DNA from: Schizochytrium sp. TIO01
Taxonomy: Eukaryota; Protista; Bigyra: Labyrinthulomycetes
Assembly (NCBI GenBank): GCA_004764695.1
Contig: SMSO01000031.1
Location: 8,538,761 to 8,602,760 of the forward strand
Reading direction: 5' to 3'
DNA: 64,000 nucleotides
The notes under the pieces were generated by a model that did no database searches, had not been told where the DNA came from, and was given only the letters and a program-made list of their open reading frames with translations. Below, one piece after another: positions 32,295 to 44,312 of the stretch. The translations under genes were made by a program, and so were the position numbers. Each line of letters begins with the position of its first letter. Position 1 is the first letter of the stretch.

Positions 32295-32744
32295 ATGGGT
32301 TCCTCCACTGTAGGTGAGACACGTGGCTCTGCTCGACGAGTGCCTCTTCCGTCGCCTTCGGAAACGGCTCGTGTAGGTGCAGAAGAGGATCACATGGATT
32401 CTGAGTTAGCCCATGATGAGCAAGGTTCGAGCTCTACGAGTGGCGGAGCTCTGGAGCTTATTCAAGATTACTGGCACTTTGGGTTCTTTGCGTACGGTGC
32501 GGTGTCTATCATAAGCAAGCAAGAATCAAGTTCCAAGCTCAAGTCTGTACAGATTGTTGCACTGGCCTTGCTTCTAGGCTTCATGTATAAGTTGGAGCGC
32601 TTGTTAAGTCGTAGTGTTTTTGGCCCACTATTTGCGAAATTTTTGGTAACAATGACGAACTCCGTGCCAAGATTGAGAAGGAGGAGGCAGAACTCAGGAA
32701 ACTTTTGCGGGAACACGGCAACAAAGGTGACCGTAAGGCCTTAA
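32295..32744 (+). CDS. Hypothetical small membrane protein (149 aa)
   Basis: ORF from ATG 32295 with hydrophobic segments YWHFGFFAYGAVSII and VQIVALALLLGFMY; no family recognised. Confidence 0.45.
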   Translation: MGSSTVGETRGSARRVPLPSPSETARVGAEEDHMDSELAHDEQGSSSTSGGALELIQDYWHFGFFAYGAVSIISKQESSSKLKSVQIVALALLLGFMYKLERLLSRSVFGPLFAKFLVTMTNSVPRLRRRRQNSGNFCGNTATKVTVRP

Positions 32745-33258
32745 CAGAGTAAATTTTACTCAACTCACTCCAGCTCTAACAGGTCAAGTCCGATTGCGCA
32801 ATATGTAGATATGGATCAAGCTTTACCGTCCATCATTTGATGCCCATGCAAGATCAACATACCACGTTGTAAATGAGCAGGAGAAGAAAGACACGTTCTT
32901 TTAAAAACAAGACCTAACTGGGACTGCCACATATGATGCAGCGGACAAACGTCAGGTCGGACGCAAATTGTTTTCTTTTTTTTGTTTGGCTATAATTATT
33001 TTAATCGCGGAAACTTGTGTTGGAATAGGTACTTATGAAACTTGGACAAAATCATCGGGGGGGAAATGCGAGAGAATTTTCTGACCATGTTTGTCCACGT
33101 AAGAGACATTTGTTTCAATTGAGCGCCATGGTCCTGATCTTGCGACTGAACAATGGCTTGTTATTGATAGCTCCTTCAACCAATACCGACACTGATGTGA
33201 CTGGAGGCACAGAATTGCGATGACAAAATATTTGAGTTGTCACTGGTTGTAGCGATTT

Positions 33259-34586
33259 TTAGCGGTCCACAAGACGCTTGAGGGCAGACCACTCGTAACG
33301 TCCAGAGGGAATGATGGCTGTTTTTATTGGATTGCGTGTAACAAACACAAATGAGAATTTTAAACAAAAGTAACCGAATGTCATTAGTTTCGCAACTTGT
33401 TAGTTTTTTCCAACTCCATTTACAAAAGTGTTTAGAAGGGCACTATCTTTTTAAAGAGATTGCCTCTCTTGAAAACAAAGACTCTATCAGGATAACTTAC
33501 TCTCCATCTGTTGCTGGGCGTGTTGCAAAAGATCCGGGCTGCACTCGATGAGCTTGCTGCCGGTAGCCATGGCATCAAGCTGCACACGGCAGCAACGGTC
33601 CAAGTAATAGGTGCGCACAAAGGCCTCCTGGATGGAGCGGCCGACGATGGTTGCACCGTGGTTCTGCATGATCAATGCGATACCATCTTTGCCAAGGTTG
33701 CGGGCAATGCTCTCCTTCTCCTCATCGGTGCTGTGCATACCTTCGTACATGTGGTAGCCGATACGGTTGTAGAAGATAGCGGCATCCTGAACCAGAAAGC
33801 GGAAGGGCTCCTCGATGCAGGACATGGCCATGATTGCCGGAGTGTGGATGTGAATGATGCAGCGCACATCCGGGCGGGCGGCATAAATACCACTGTGGAT
33901 GACGTTTCCGGACTCCTGGATGGAGTCAAAGACAAAGTCGTACTCACGAACCTCGGAGAAGTGCATACCACCCGGGGTAATGAGGTAGGTGGAGGAGTCT
34001 ATCGAGCGAGAGATTAAATACGTAGAGAAGAAAATCAGAAGTTAGACACGGGGAAGAAATGCGACCCGCAACATAAGAAGAAGCCATTTGAACTGCGCTG
34101 TTAGCCAACCCTGTTAAAAATGTAACATTAATAAGTAGAGCATGAGAACTGCTCAACAATAACACACCTTCCGAAGAAGACGAAATGAAGCGTATACTAA
34201 TTTTCAAACGTACCAAGGTCGCAGCAGTCCTCCTCATCCTCCTCGCCACCACAGCGGCTTGAGATGTGGTTCCAGGTGAGATCATCCCAACCGTAGTGGG
34301 CCACAAGACGGTGAGCAGTCTTGAGGTCAGAGCGGATCTCGGACTCAGACTGAGCAGGCACAGCATAGAAGATGCGGTCAGCCATGCTCTTCTGGTTGGC
34401 TCCAAACGCAGAGGCATCAAGGGTGGCCTTCTTGATCATTTCACGCTGAGGGCCAGACATCATCCTGGGGATTCTGTCATCCTCAAAGCCAGAGCCGCCA
34501 GCAGCAGAGGCCAGGCCACGCTGCACCATCTTGGGCATGGGTCTGGCAGAGGCTTGGATGCCCTTGGAAATACCGTACATCATCAT
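33259..34586 (-). CDS. Class II aldolase/adducin family protein; exons 34586-34214, 33998-33501, 33317-33259 (309 aa)
   Basis: GT-AG introns (GTACGT 34213..33999; GTAAGT 33500..33318) join in frame. GWDDLTWNHIS, YLITPGG, IHSGIYAARPDV-CIIHIHT, NHG (Zn-binding His pattern) and C-terminal EWSALKRLVD. Confidence 0.92.
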
Positions 34587-37500
34587 TGTGTTTTCTTGCA
34601 AATAAGTTCTAAAGCCTGCTTCAAGTATTGATATGAGAAGTGAGTGAAAACCCAGGTAAATCAAAATAACAAGGTACAGAGCCGGTTTTCGCAGTGCATC
34701 AATTGACAGCAACACATCAATATCCACGCCGGCAATTCCACCGCCCGAATTTATCGTTTGTTCGCCGCCGTTCAACACAGGTTAGTGCACGCACACGCAG
34801 CCAAGTTAGAAACCCGCTTCGTCAAAACCCTCTTCGTTAGCCTTCCTTAGTCACTCGAGCAACTTCAACTCCGCAGTCAAAAGCCGTGCCAATCGGCGAC
34901 TCCACCGCATGCCGTGTCCAGATGGACATACGGGCATACAACGACGTACCTAGCGAGTGGCTCTAGCAAGCTTTTCGCGCGCCTCTCCGAGCGCAACGTC
35001 TCCAGTCCCGCTGCTGTGCGGCACTTCAGAAGCGCTTCTGTTTGTCTCGATCCTCAAAGCAATTGCATCACCGGTGAAACCTGCAACTTCCTCAGATATC
35101 CCGAACCCCGAAAAGCTAGTTTCACCGAGCGTGCTCTGTCTTTTTTCTTTTTTGTTGATGGAATATTTTCTTTTTTTGACAATGATGTTGATGATGACGA
35201 TAATGACAGCTGATCAATATGATGACGATGGTGTTCTTCTCGCGCTTTTTATGGCTCTCACCGACATGCAAAGTTGAAGCGCATAAGCTAAAGAGTGTGA
35301 CTAAAGAGCCAAAGCGGTGCACGGCTCTAAGTTCCCCTGATGACTCTTAGGTGACAGCGCACTATTTTCTAATTGTTTTCCTCCCTTTCGACAGAAAGAA
35401 GAAATAATAAATAATAAATGAGTGCTTTTTTCTGCTTTGATTAATATTTCCGTGTCCGGCGCTTTTCCTTCGGGCTTCAAATAGCTTCAGTTAGAGCTGA
35501 TTCCTCGTGTGAGTAGTTAGGTGCCCATCGTTTCGCGACCAAGCCAATGGACATTCAAGGCCACTCGACACGATCACGTTTCTCGCCCTTTACAATTTCC
35601 TTTGGAGTGTTTCATAGCTAGTACAAAAGTCTGTTTCTAAGCTGGGTTAGTGCAATGTAATGTACACCTATATTGAAGTGCTTCAATTCGGATAACCGGC
35701 TCCGCAATCGGCGACATTTACATTTCGAAGAGTCTGCTTGCGAGGATAAACGCAAGTTGCGCAACTAAGTGGGACCGCGATGGAGCAATGGATTCCCACA
35801 GCAGTAATGCAACAACTCTCGTCCTCGGCGCCGAGGTTGAACAGAACTCGGGTTCGGCATTGCCGGTGCTGTGTTTTCGTCGATTGCCGAATTCCGAAGT
35901 GTCGCGAGTTTCATTCACCTCGAAATTGGGATTTCAAGCTGCGAGTCAGAGGCAAGCAATGCCAGTTCATGAGACTTTGCAGCATGATGTAGATGTCTAT
36001 TTATATCACAGTCTGGAGGCTGTGTTGCCATGTCAGTAGCTTAGTCATGCGTTGGCAAATTCATACATTCTTCTAAGTTGTGGTGAATCTATGGATGTAC
36101 CCGGGTGCTCCTGGTAACTCGTCTCTTTCGGAATAGAATGCTTCTCGAAGCTAGCAAACACCAACGTAGACATCAACGTAGACTCAGACATAGAGACTCG
36201 TTACGTTTCGATTCATCGCGTTTCGTTTCGTTCGCTGACTTATATTGGTTCACCACTACCAGAAGGAGAGTCACAACAAGATACACTAAGCAGTAGATGG
36301 TAGCATGTACCTACACGTCAATAGCAGCAACAACAAATTGCAGCACGACCGTTGTCTTCAACTTGTAATCTTCGCCGATGATGCTTAGACCTTGTGCAAA
36401 TTGTTTTGCTCATTCAAGAATTCCAGCGTCCATTTCTTTCTTGCCACACGAAGTAATTTGCTTAGAATAAATAGCTTAGATTTTCGGTTCGTAGTATAAT
36501 AGAGGAATTGTCACTTGTTTTCTTGCTCGCCCAAGTTTTAGTAGCCCAGAGATATGCTGACATGTGTGTAGAGTCACGACTAAGGAGATTTGGGAGCGGC
36601 AGCTCGGTATCAGGTAGCAGATGTCAATTGCGTACCTTCTATAACTGCTCGCGATTAGTGCGGGGCCTCCCTCATATTTACATTCATTGCACAATATATG
36701 ATTAACTTGCAAGAACTTCAGGTCATTTGTGTGGACCGCCGTCATCGACAAATTGCATCGCAACAGCACGTGACTGTAGAGATGGTTGGCATTGCGAACA
36801 TGTTCTACAACTATAGCCTCGTTTCTTGTGGAGGCTCGCTGGTTCTGCAGTTTTAGCTTTGTTCTTAAATAACCTATAAGCTATAGAGCTGGGTGGCATT
36901 CTGTATGAACATTTATATTTATTTATCTTGAGGGATTCAATCTTTTGTGGTGGTCATCAACCACCAAGGAAGTTCTTGGCGAGTTGAATGGAATTTGTGC
37001 ATGGCATCTGGGTCTACGTAGCGCAATCTGCCTTGCTTGCTTTTGCACACATTCTTTTATAGATCCAACTCTCCTTCACCAAGCGACGCTTACATCAAAC
37101 GATACCGCAGACGCATGGATAGAATCCACATCATCAATGGCAATAGGTGTGCCGGAAGAACTAGAAAATTTAAGGGAAGTTCTTCGTTACACTGTCAAAA
37201 GGTGCTAATCTTCATGCCTGTCATTGGACCTCTTGTCTAGCCTCTCCGAAGTCTTACTTTTGTATATGTCTAGCCCTTAGTCCACTCTCACTTTTTATAT
37301 CCTTGTCATCATTTCGTACTGCCCTGGGCCCTTTGTTACAGCTCTCCAAACTTGCGTGCTGCGCAGGCGGTCTCACGATTTTACCTAAGCAAAACTACAG
37401 CACACCCTTAGCTCGTCCGCGACGCTTGAAGAGTCCATGACTTCGAATGATCATGTTGTAACCCTTGTCCCAGAATACCGAGGACGTGGGTATGATACCT

Positions 37501-40249
37501 TACAACTGTGGCAGATAGGTATGCGTACACTCTATCTATCTAGATTGAGCCCCAGTTTGAAAGGGTGAGCTGGCCCTGCTCCCGGACGCAGGAAGAGCCT
37601 GATGCTATAAATGGGGTGTTCTGAGGACTTAAGAAATCGTTCATTCATCATCTCTTTTCCTTTCTTTTAATTTTAATTAAAAGAATAAATTAAATCACAT
37701 AGCATGGCATTGCTATTATTTAATCTAGGCTATCGCAAATTGAAAGCCACTCTCTATCAAACCTTAATTGCTACATAAACTCAAGTGATAATAGATTGCC
37801 ACTCAAAACATGTAGCATAACCTCTTCGAAATCTGTCAGTTCAACTTGAAGAGGCAGCATGATGACCCTACTATCTACCTAGCTAGGTGGTTATAGACCA
37901 AGCCGAAAACATAAGCGCGGCCGCACAAGATTTTAGATTTTAATAGTCGAGGCACTGGCCAAGTTTTATAGTTTTATAGTTTTTCTTTCAGTTTTCTTGT
38001 ATTTTTTCATTGAAGGAGGCGATCGACTTCTATCGTAGTAGGTAGTCACATACTAGCAGCTGCAGGGAGTGGCGTTCTATTGCGTTCTGTTTGCTGGTGC
38101 AACTAGGACGCACTACAAGAGCACTAAACGCCTATTTGTGTGGCTGCGATCAATGGTCCTTATGACCAAGTTTTCGTAGAAACTATTCTAAAGAAAAGAC
38201 TCTCCTCTCGAAGAGAGTGTTACTGAGGGGGCAACGACATGAAGAACTAAGCGAACTGTTTCATACTGCTGATTATCCTCTAGAGAGTACAGTGCACAAA
38301 GCACTGACAGTAATTCTGGCTGTCCGAGCTCTGGTTTTACCTAACCTGAACGAAGGACCCTGCGTACGAAGTAATCGATGCTCAAACCAGCGTGAAGAAG
38401 GTGAATTAGAGGTATTATCTTCAATTCGGGCAAGCTAAAGACGATCGACTTGTGAACTTGTGGAAATGAGATGCATGGTTAGATGCGGTGTAGTCCACGC
38501 AATGGTCGGCTTGTAATACTACATGTCTTCTGCTGTATATGACGGTGTGGTGATATGTATTTGGGTCAGCAACGATGAGAGAGTGATTGATCAGGTTATT
38601 CCATACTTAGATTTCATTGATTGATTTACAAATTGCGTGTTTGCTTGTCGTTTCGTTTGTCTGCAAGAGTGAGGTGCAGTGCACTCTAGATTGATGTGAG
38701 TTTTTGTCAATTGATCGCTACTCTCTGGCATATTTATGTCGAGGAGCATGACTCTCAGTCCCCCAAAGCACCTATTTTCACCTGTTTGCGTCCTTGCCCG
38801 CTTGGTTCTCATTGTCCGCAACCTCGAAGTCGAAAGTCTCGCTCAGCCTTCATTCTTCTCGACTTTTTGTCGTCGATTGCTTTTCTGTTCTTCAAAATAT
38901 TTTACTTTAACCAAAGTATCTTTTTTTTCCTTTTTTTTTAATTGAGTATTTTTTAATTCTACTGTATAGTGTATTTTTCATTAATTAAATTTACTAAATA
39001 GAACAAAAAACTTTAAAACAAAAAACTAATGAGTACAATTAAAATTCAACAGTATGCATTGTCTAACTAAGTCTTACGTCATCTCAGGGGATTGCAGAGT
39101 AAACAGAGCATAGTAAGTAAAGAAAACATGGAGCAAAGAAATCAACAAAAAACACAGTGAGTGAGTGATTGAGTGAGTGAATGATAAATGATTGATCTTC
39201 TCGCCTCTTTCCGATTCGCAAGAAGGGTGCGCCAGCGAGCGAGTGACCTCCTTCAATATGATTCACGATGCCCTGACGAGATCTGCAGCTGCAATGAGCT
39301 CTGATGATCCTTCGCCGCTTCCCTGAGCAGCCTCCTGTCCCGTACGTGAGGCAGGAGATGCAATGGCGCCAGGGCTTTCTTTCTTTGTGAGGCTACCTCT
39401 ATCGAGGTTTGTGTTTGCCGCTCGGAACCAAGTACGGCAGCCAGCCAAAGCGAAGCCAAAGAACGGGCTTCGCAGCGTACTATGGCAAGCAAAGCACTCT
39501 CCGCAGCAGACAGAGTCAATTTGCAAGGTTCTCAGAGCCTGAGTTTCCGTTCACGTGCTCCACCTTCGCAGGACTTCGTGGAGTCATGACATATATATTA
39601 TATATATATTGACATGCAAGAAGAATAATATGCGAAAACTATGATTTATTTCTTCGGCATCAACGACTGACTACCGCATGTGATTCGCCCGTTCGCGCTG
39701 AGCTGAGCTGGCCTGGACTGCAAGAGAGCTCTCGTGGCTGGAAGCCATGTGCCCGTCTCGAAGAGTTGCTCCGACGGCTTCTTCGTGCTGCATGAATGAA
39801 TCCCACTCAAGAAGATTGATTGATTGATGATCCCTGTCGAATTTACTTTCTTTCTTTTCGTCCATCCAGAGAAGCCAAAAGACCTTTTTGCAGTGCCGAG
39901 TGCTACGAATTGCGCTAAGGTTTCTCTACCTGGTTTGAGTGAGTGAGTGAGTGAGCGATCAGAGTTGAAGAGCACGAGACAAAGATCACGAGATAAAGAA
40001 CAAAGATCACGAATAAATGGCTGCCTACTGCTAATACAGGTCTTACCGATGGCTTAGTGGCGATGATTTGCGATTCCTAAGGATGGAGGACGTCCTCTGA
40101 CACAGTGTTTCATTGATAAGGTGTTTTCCATTCACAGTTTTTACTTCTTGACTAACTAAATTTTTTATTTTAATTTTGTTTGTTTTTAATTACAATCTGA
40201 AAGATGAGGATAGGGATATAAAAAAGGAATGGAAATTCTTAGTGATGAT

Positions 40250-40348
40250 GCAAAGTAAAGTGATAAAGTAAAGTAAAGTAAAGTAAAGTAAAGGAAAGGA
40301 AAGTAAAGGAAAGGAAAGGAAAGTAAAGGAAAGGAAAGGAAAGTAAGG
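40250..40348. repeat. Compound (AAAGT)/(AAAGG) pentanucleotide microsatellite upstream of the TPR gene
   Basis: Direct reading of tandem AAAGT and AAAGG units. Confidence 0.85.
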
Positions 40349-40575
40349 CAACTTGCGAGGCAAAGTAAGACAACAAAGCAGTCGAGGGAAAGAAAAGCTA
40401 GCTAGAAAGCTAGCTAGCAAAACCCATCTGCGACCAGGAGGAAGTCCATTCTTGTCGCGCATCACAGCACAGCAGTTGAGGCGGCTGCGTTCTGGGATTT
40501 CATCTTGAGGTTGACTGATCTTGGTGTGTGTTGTCTTCCGAGCGATCTGTCTGATCCTTTTATTCACTTTGCACC

Positions 40576-41904
40576 ATGCCGCCGTCAGAAGAAGCCAAGC
40601 AGAAGGCCGAGGAGCTCAAGAATGATGGTAACAAGAACTTCGCCGAGGGAAAGCCCGAGGCTGCCGTCTCTTGCTACACCCGCGGTCTTGAGCTAGACCC
40701 CACCTCGCACGTTCTCATGTCCAACCGAGCTGCTGCGTATTTGCGGCTCAACAACTTGAAGGAGGCACTCAAGGACGCCAAGAACTGCGTCAAGACCGCT
40801 CCCGAATGGCCCAAGGGCTACACTCGTCTCGCCCAGGCGCTGTACCAATTGGGAATGTACGACGATTGCGAGGAAGCCATCAACAAGCTCGAGACTCTTG
40901 AGGAGGATAACCGCAACGTGGATCGTCTCCGCAGCCTCGTCAAGAAGAAGAGGGTCTTCATGCAGCTCGAAGGCAAGTGGTACGGCACTGTGAGCCCCGA
41001 GTTAGGTGGCTACATCCAAACATTTGACTTCAAGAGTGACACAGAGGTCATCGTTTCGGTCTTTGGCCGTGACATCACTGCCAAGTTGAACTTGAACTGC
41101 GCTTCAGAGCCCATGCACTTAGATCTGCTTGTGGAGCCTGCTCCCGGTACACCCCCTGCACCTGAGGTGAAGCACATTTTCTACATTGACCAAGACGACA
41201 CTCTTCACTTGTGCTCTCCGTACATGACCCCCCCTGAGGTCCGCCCGACCAAGTTTGAGGGCCCTGCGTATGTGAAGATGTTTCGAGGCTCACCTCCCAT
41301 GGACACTGGCAAGAAGGAGAAGAAGGCTGCCATCGATAAGCTCTCTGCAAACGACAAGTGCCTCGAGTTCGCCAAGGCAGTCACTGACATTTTGCCTGCG
41401 CAGAGAATCTCGCCTACCCAGAACGACGACGAGGCCACGCAAGCGCTCATGATGCAGCAGAACATTCAGTTCCAGACATCCTACTTTAACGTGAAGGAGC
41501 TCTACGGCGCTGAGGTTGAGTCTAACCTCCGCGAGTACCTTGAGCAGTCTGTGGCCTGCCCTACTGAGGATCTTAAGAAGCAGGTTGATGCCATGCGTAA
41601 GAAGATGCAGCTTGCAGGACTCTACCCCGAAGACGATCAGCTGCCAACACCTGCTGTGGAGTCTACCCCGGCAGCTGCTTCAACGCAGCAGGCACCTGCC
41701 CCGAAGCAGACTGCCGCTGCCAAGGACACCCCCACCCCAGGAAACGAGCCCGAGAAGAAGGCTCCCGCCAAGACCACCACTGCCAAGGCTGAGGCACCAG
41801 CCAAGGCCGCTGCCAAGGACAACTCCACCACCCTGATCGCCCTAGGCCTTGTAGCCATTGCTGCCACTGTCGCCGCTGTCTTTGCTTTCCGCAAGAGCAA
41901 GTAA
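40576..41904 (+). CDS. Carboxylate-clamp TPR protein with C-terminal tail anchor
   Basis: Three N-terminal TPRs (ELKNDGNKNF, SNRAAAY, PKGYTRLAQA), a middle globular region, A/P/K-rich linker, terminal TM LIALGLVAIAATVAAVFAF followed by RKSK; strongly C/G-ending codons. Confidence 0.9.
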   Translation: MPPSEEAKQKAEELKNDGNKNFAEGKPEAAVSCYTRGLELDPTSHVLMSNRAAAYLRLNNLKEALKDAKNCVKTAPEWPKGYTRLAQALYQLGMYDDCEEAINKLETLEEDNRNVDRLRSLVKKKRVFMQLEGKWYGTVSPELGGYIQTFDFKSDTEVIVSVFGRDITAKLNLNCASEPMHLDLLVEPAPGTPPAPEVKHIFYIDQDDTLHLCSPYMTPPEVRPTKFEGPAYVKMFRGSPPMDTGKKEKKAAIDKLSANDKCLEFAKAVTDILPAQRISPTQNDDEATQALMMQQNIQFQTSYFNVKELYGAEVESNLREYLEQSVACPTEDLKKQVDAMRKKMQLAGLYPEDDQLPTPAVESTPAAASTQQAPAPKQTAAAKDTPTPGNEPEKKAPAKTTTAKAEAPAKAAAKDNSTTLIALGLVAIAATVAAVFAFRKSK

Positions 41905-42589
41905 AGTATAAACACGAATGAATCTTGAATTGGTTTTAGTGACCTCGTATAGTGGTGTCCTCTCCACCATTAACAGTGCAACCACCGCGATGCTGTGGGA
42001 CTGTGTTTTTAAATTGCTTGCCTTCTTTAATCCGTGCATACTCTGTCTAGCTTCCACTGTTTCTAATACAAGAGAGTCTGCTTCATTTGAGAGGTTGATA
42101 AAATATCATTGATGCTTTGTACATCTTATTTCAATCAAAATCGATACAGATCTTGAAGTGAGCATTCGATTTATCCTGAACAAACACCATTCAACTGCTA
42201 AACAATAGAGAATTGGATGCTGTAAATAAAAATCCTAGAAACAAAGTAGATTAAATTGAGTCAAAATCATAATCTAATACAATTCATGACAATTTCACAT
42301 TCTGCTGCACTTCTTCTTCATTTATTATGAAGAATGTTACTTACTTGGAACCTTCAATCTCTCTACTTCTGGATTTGCCTCATATGGTAAAGTATATAAA
42401 ACAAATGAGTCTGATGCTTGCAGAGCAGAACAAGATATACTACTTTCTAAAAATGCCAATTTTTATGAATCAGGGGAGTTGTGGCGAAATCCTTTCTTCT
42501 CGAGGCTTGTTGCTTCAAATACCGATATTTTTGATGCTGGGAATACCTTTCGAAAATACAGACTAAGATGTAGCGTCTGAAGTACTGGA

Positions 42590-43588
42590 TTATGCTTCTA
42601 ATGGATTTCTTTTCGCGTCTTCTTTTTTGCTATCTCGTGCGCCTTTCACGCGAGCAATCAAACCTTGCTCCAAAAGAGGCTCAAGGAGATCCGAGATCCT
42701 GTCTTCTGCAATCGTATATCCCGATGCTGCATCTTTCAGCCGAATAATGCACGTCCACCCATCGCCACGATGTACCGCAAAGTGAGTAGCCATGATAGTC
42801 ACAGAGGTGCTTACACGTGATGTACATAACGACGTCCAAACTTGTGGGTACGCCTCACGAAATAAACTAATATTACCACTAGCACAAGCTGCAGAAAACA
42901 TTTGACTGAGACGCGACACCTCCACTGATTCCTCGAGGTAATCTTGAACAGTAGAGATCAAAACTGGTGAGTTGAAACTGTCTGTATTCAGTACAATAAC
43001 CCCACAAGCGACACCTGTTCCAAGATAGTCCTTGTGCATTGGTCCACCCATTCGAACCACCTTTTCCAGAGTCCAGTCTTGAAATCGAGCGAGCGAAGCC
43101 AAGCCAGCCCATGGATCATCCTGAATAGCAACTGCACTTGAAAAGTCATATGAATCGGATGAGCTTTTGTCTGTCTCAATCGATTTGCTAATTGCTCGTT
43201 GAAGTTCAACCCCAATTAAAGGGTCGTTGAGCACCAGTTTTTTTAATTCCATAATAGTTCTTGCAAAGCAGATAGCTGCAAATTGGTGTATTTGAGCTTC
43301 GGTAATAGATTCAACTCCTTGCGTTTGCTCTGGGCCATACACTAGGAGTAGGATGACACGCCCTTTACCAACTTCCTCCGAAGTCATATACAGACGATCA
43401 TTATTGGACAACTTCATTGCTACGGGATCAAGAATGTGCTTGCCCTCCTCTCCTTGCGTGAGGCATGCAGCAAGTCGACACGCACGCTGTAGCTTTCCGC
43501 CATCGACCCAGGACAGACCTACTGGTCTGCGGACTACATGTGCAAGTGGAGCACCGCTGGGCGTAGCAATTGCAATTGCAAGCCACAT
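42590..43588 (-). CDS. Hypothetical 332-aa protein, possibly two longin-like domains
   Basis: Intact ORF with ATG start; alternating beta/alpha pattern and N-terminal hydrophobic-SGxPL motif. The fold assignment is inference. Confidence 0.65.
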   Translation of the reverse strand: MWLAIAIATPSGAPLAHVVRRPVGLSWVDGGKLQRACRLAACLTQGEEGKHILDPVAMKLSNNDRLYMTSEEVGKGRVILLLVYGPEQTQGVESITEAQIHQFAAICFARTIMELKKLVLNDPLIGVELQRAISKSIETDKSSSDSYDFSSAVAIQDDPWAGLASLARFQDWTLEKVVRMGGPMHKDYLGTGVACGVIVLNTDSFNSPVLISTVQDYLEESVEVSRLSQMFSAACASGNISLFREAYPQVWTSLCTSRVSTSVTIMATHFAVHRGDGWTCIIRLKDAASGYTIAEDRISDLLEPLLEQGLIARVKGARDSKKEDAKRNPLEA

Positions 43589-44312
43589 GCAGTTGCTGTT
43601 TTTCCTACTTTCGCTGCTCTGCGTCAGCTACTTTTGCTACTTCTACTGTGTCTGCTGAGTTCGCAGTGCTGTTAATTCTCTTTGCGATTGCTTAATAAGC
43701 TAATGATATTTGCTTGCTCTCATACCACTCAACCCCAACCTCTGCCACCCAAAATTATATCACTTGTTACAACCCTCATAGTACCTTGGCTGCACTGAAG
43801 AAAAACCGTAGCGGCAAACTTACCTCTTATATCAAGCATGCCTTTCTGTATAAACTAATACAATCAACACTACTACAGTCGTTCTTTCGACTAAGAACTT
43901 TACATACTGCTAAACAACCTCACAAACACATTACAAAGGGATCTGGCCTAAAGAGCTGGCTTAATACACTGCTCCTTTCCTTGTCAGTGATTATTTGTCA
44001 GCGTCATTCGGTCGTACCTAATTTGCCTATTTTAATTTATTTTTAATACCCAACTTTCATATAATAAATAGGAAGATATACATTATCTGTTGTGACCGTT
44101 ACGAGTTTGTAGTACACACCTTGTTGTTATTTCATATGCTATACGGCAGAAGCCAAAATATGACAACAAACTCTTTGTCGAGGATATACTGGCGCCCAGG
44201 TTGTAAAAGCATATTGACAGTGATTTCGTGACTGCATGAAAAGGTCGTCCGCAGTGCTTGAAGAAGTAGAAGCCACAAGGAAATAAAAGGCTTTGATATA
44301 AATTGAAGAACA

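Noticed and set aside
35700-39980. Short ORFs in the 5-kb gap between the aldolase and TPR genes
   Set aside because: All under ~110 aa with no motifs, terminal repeats or transposase/RT signatures.
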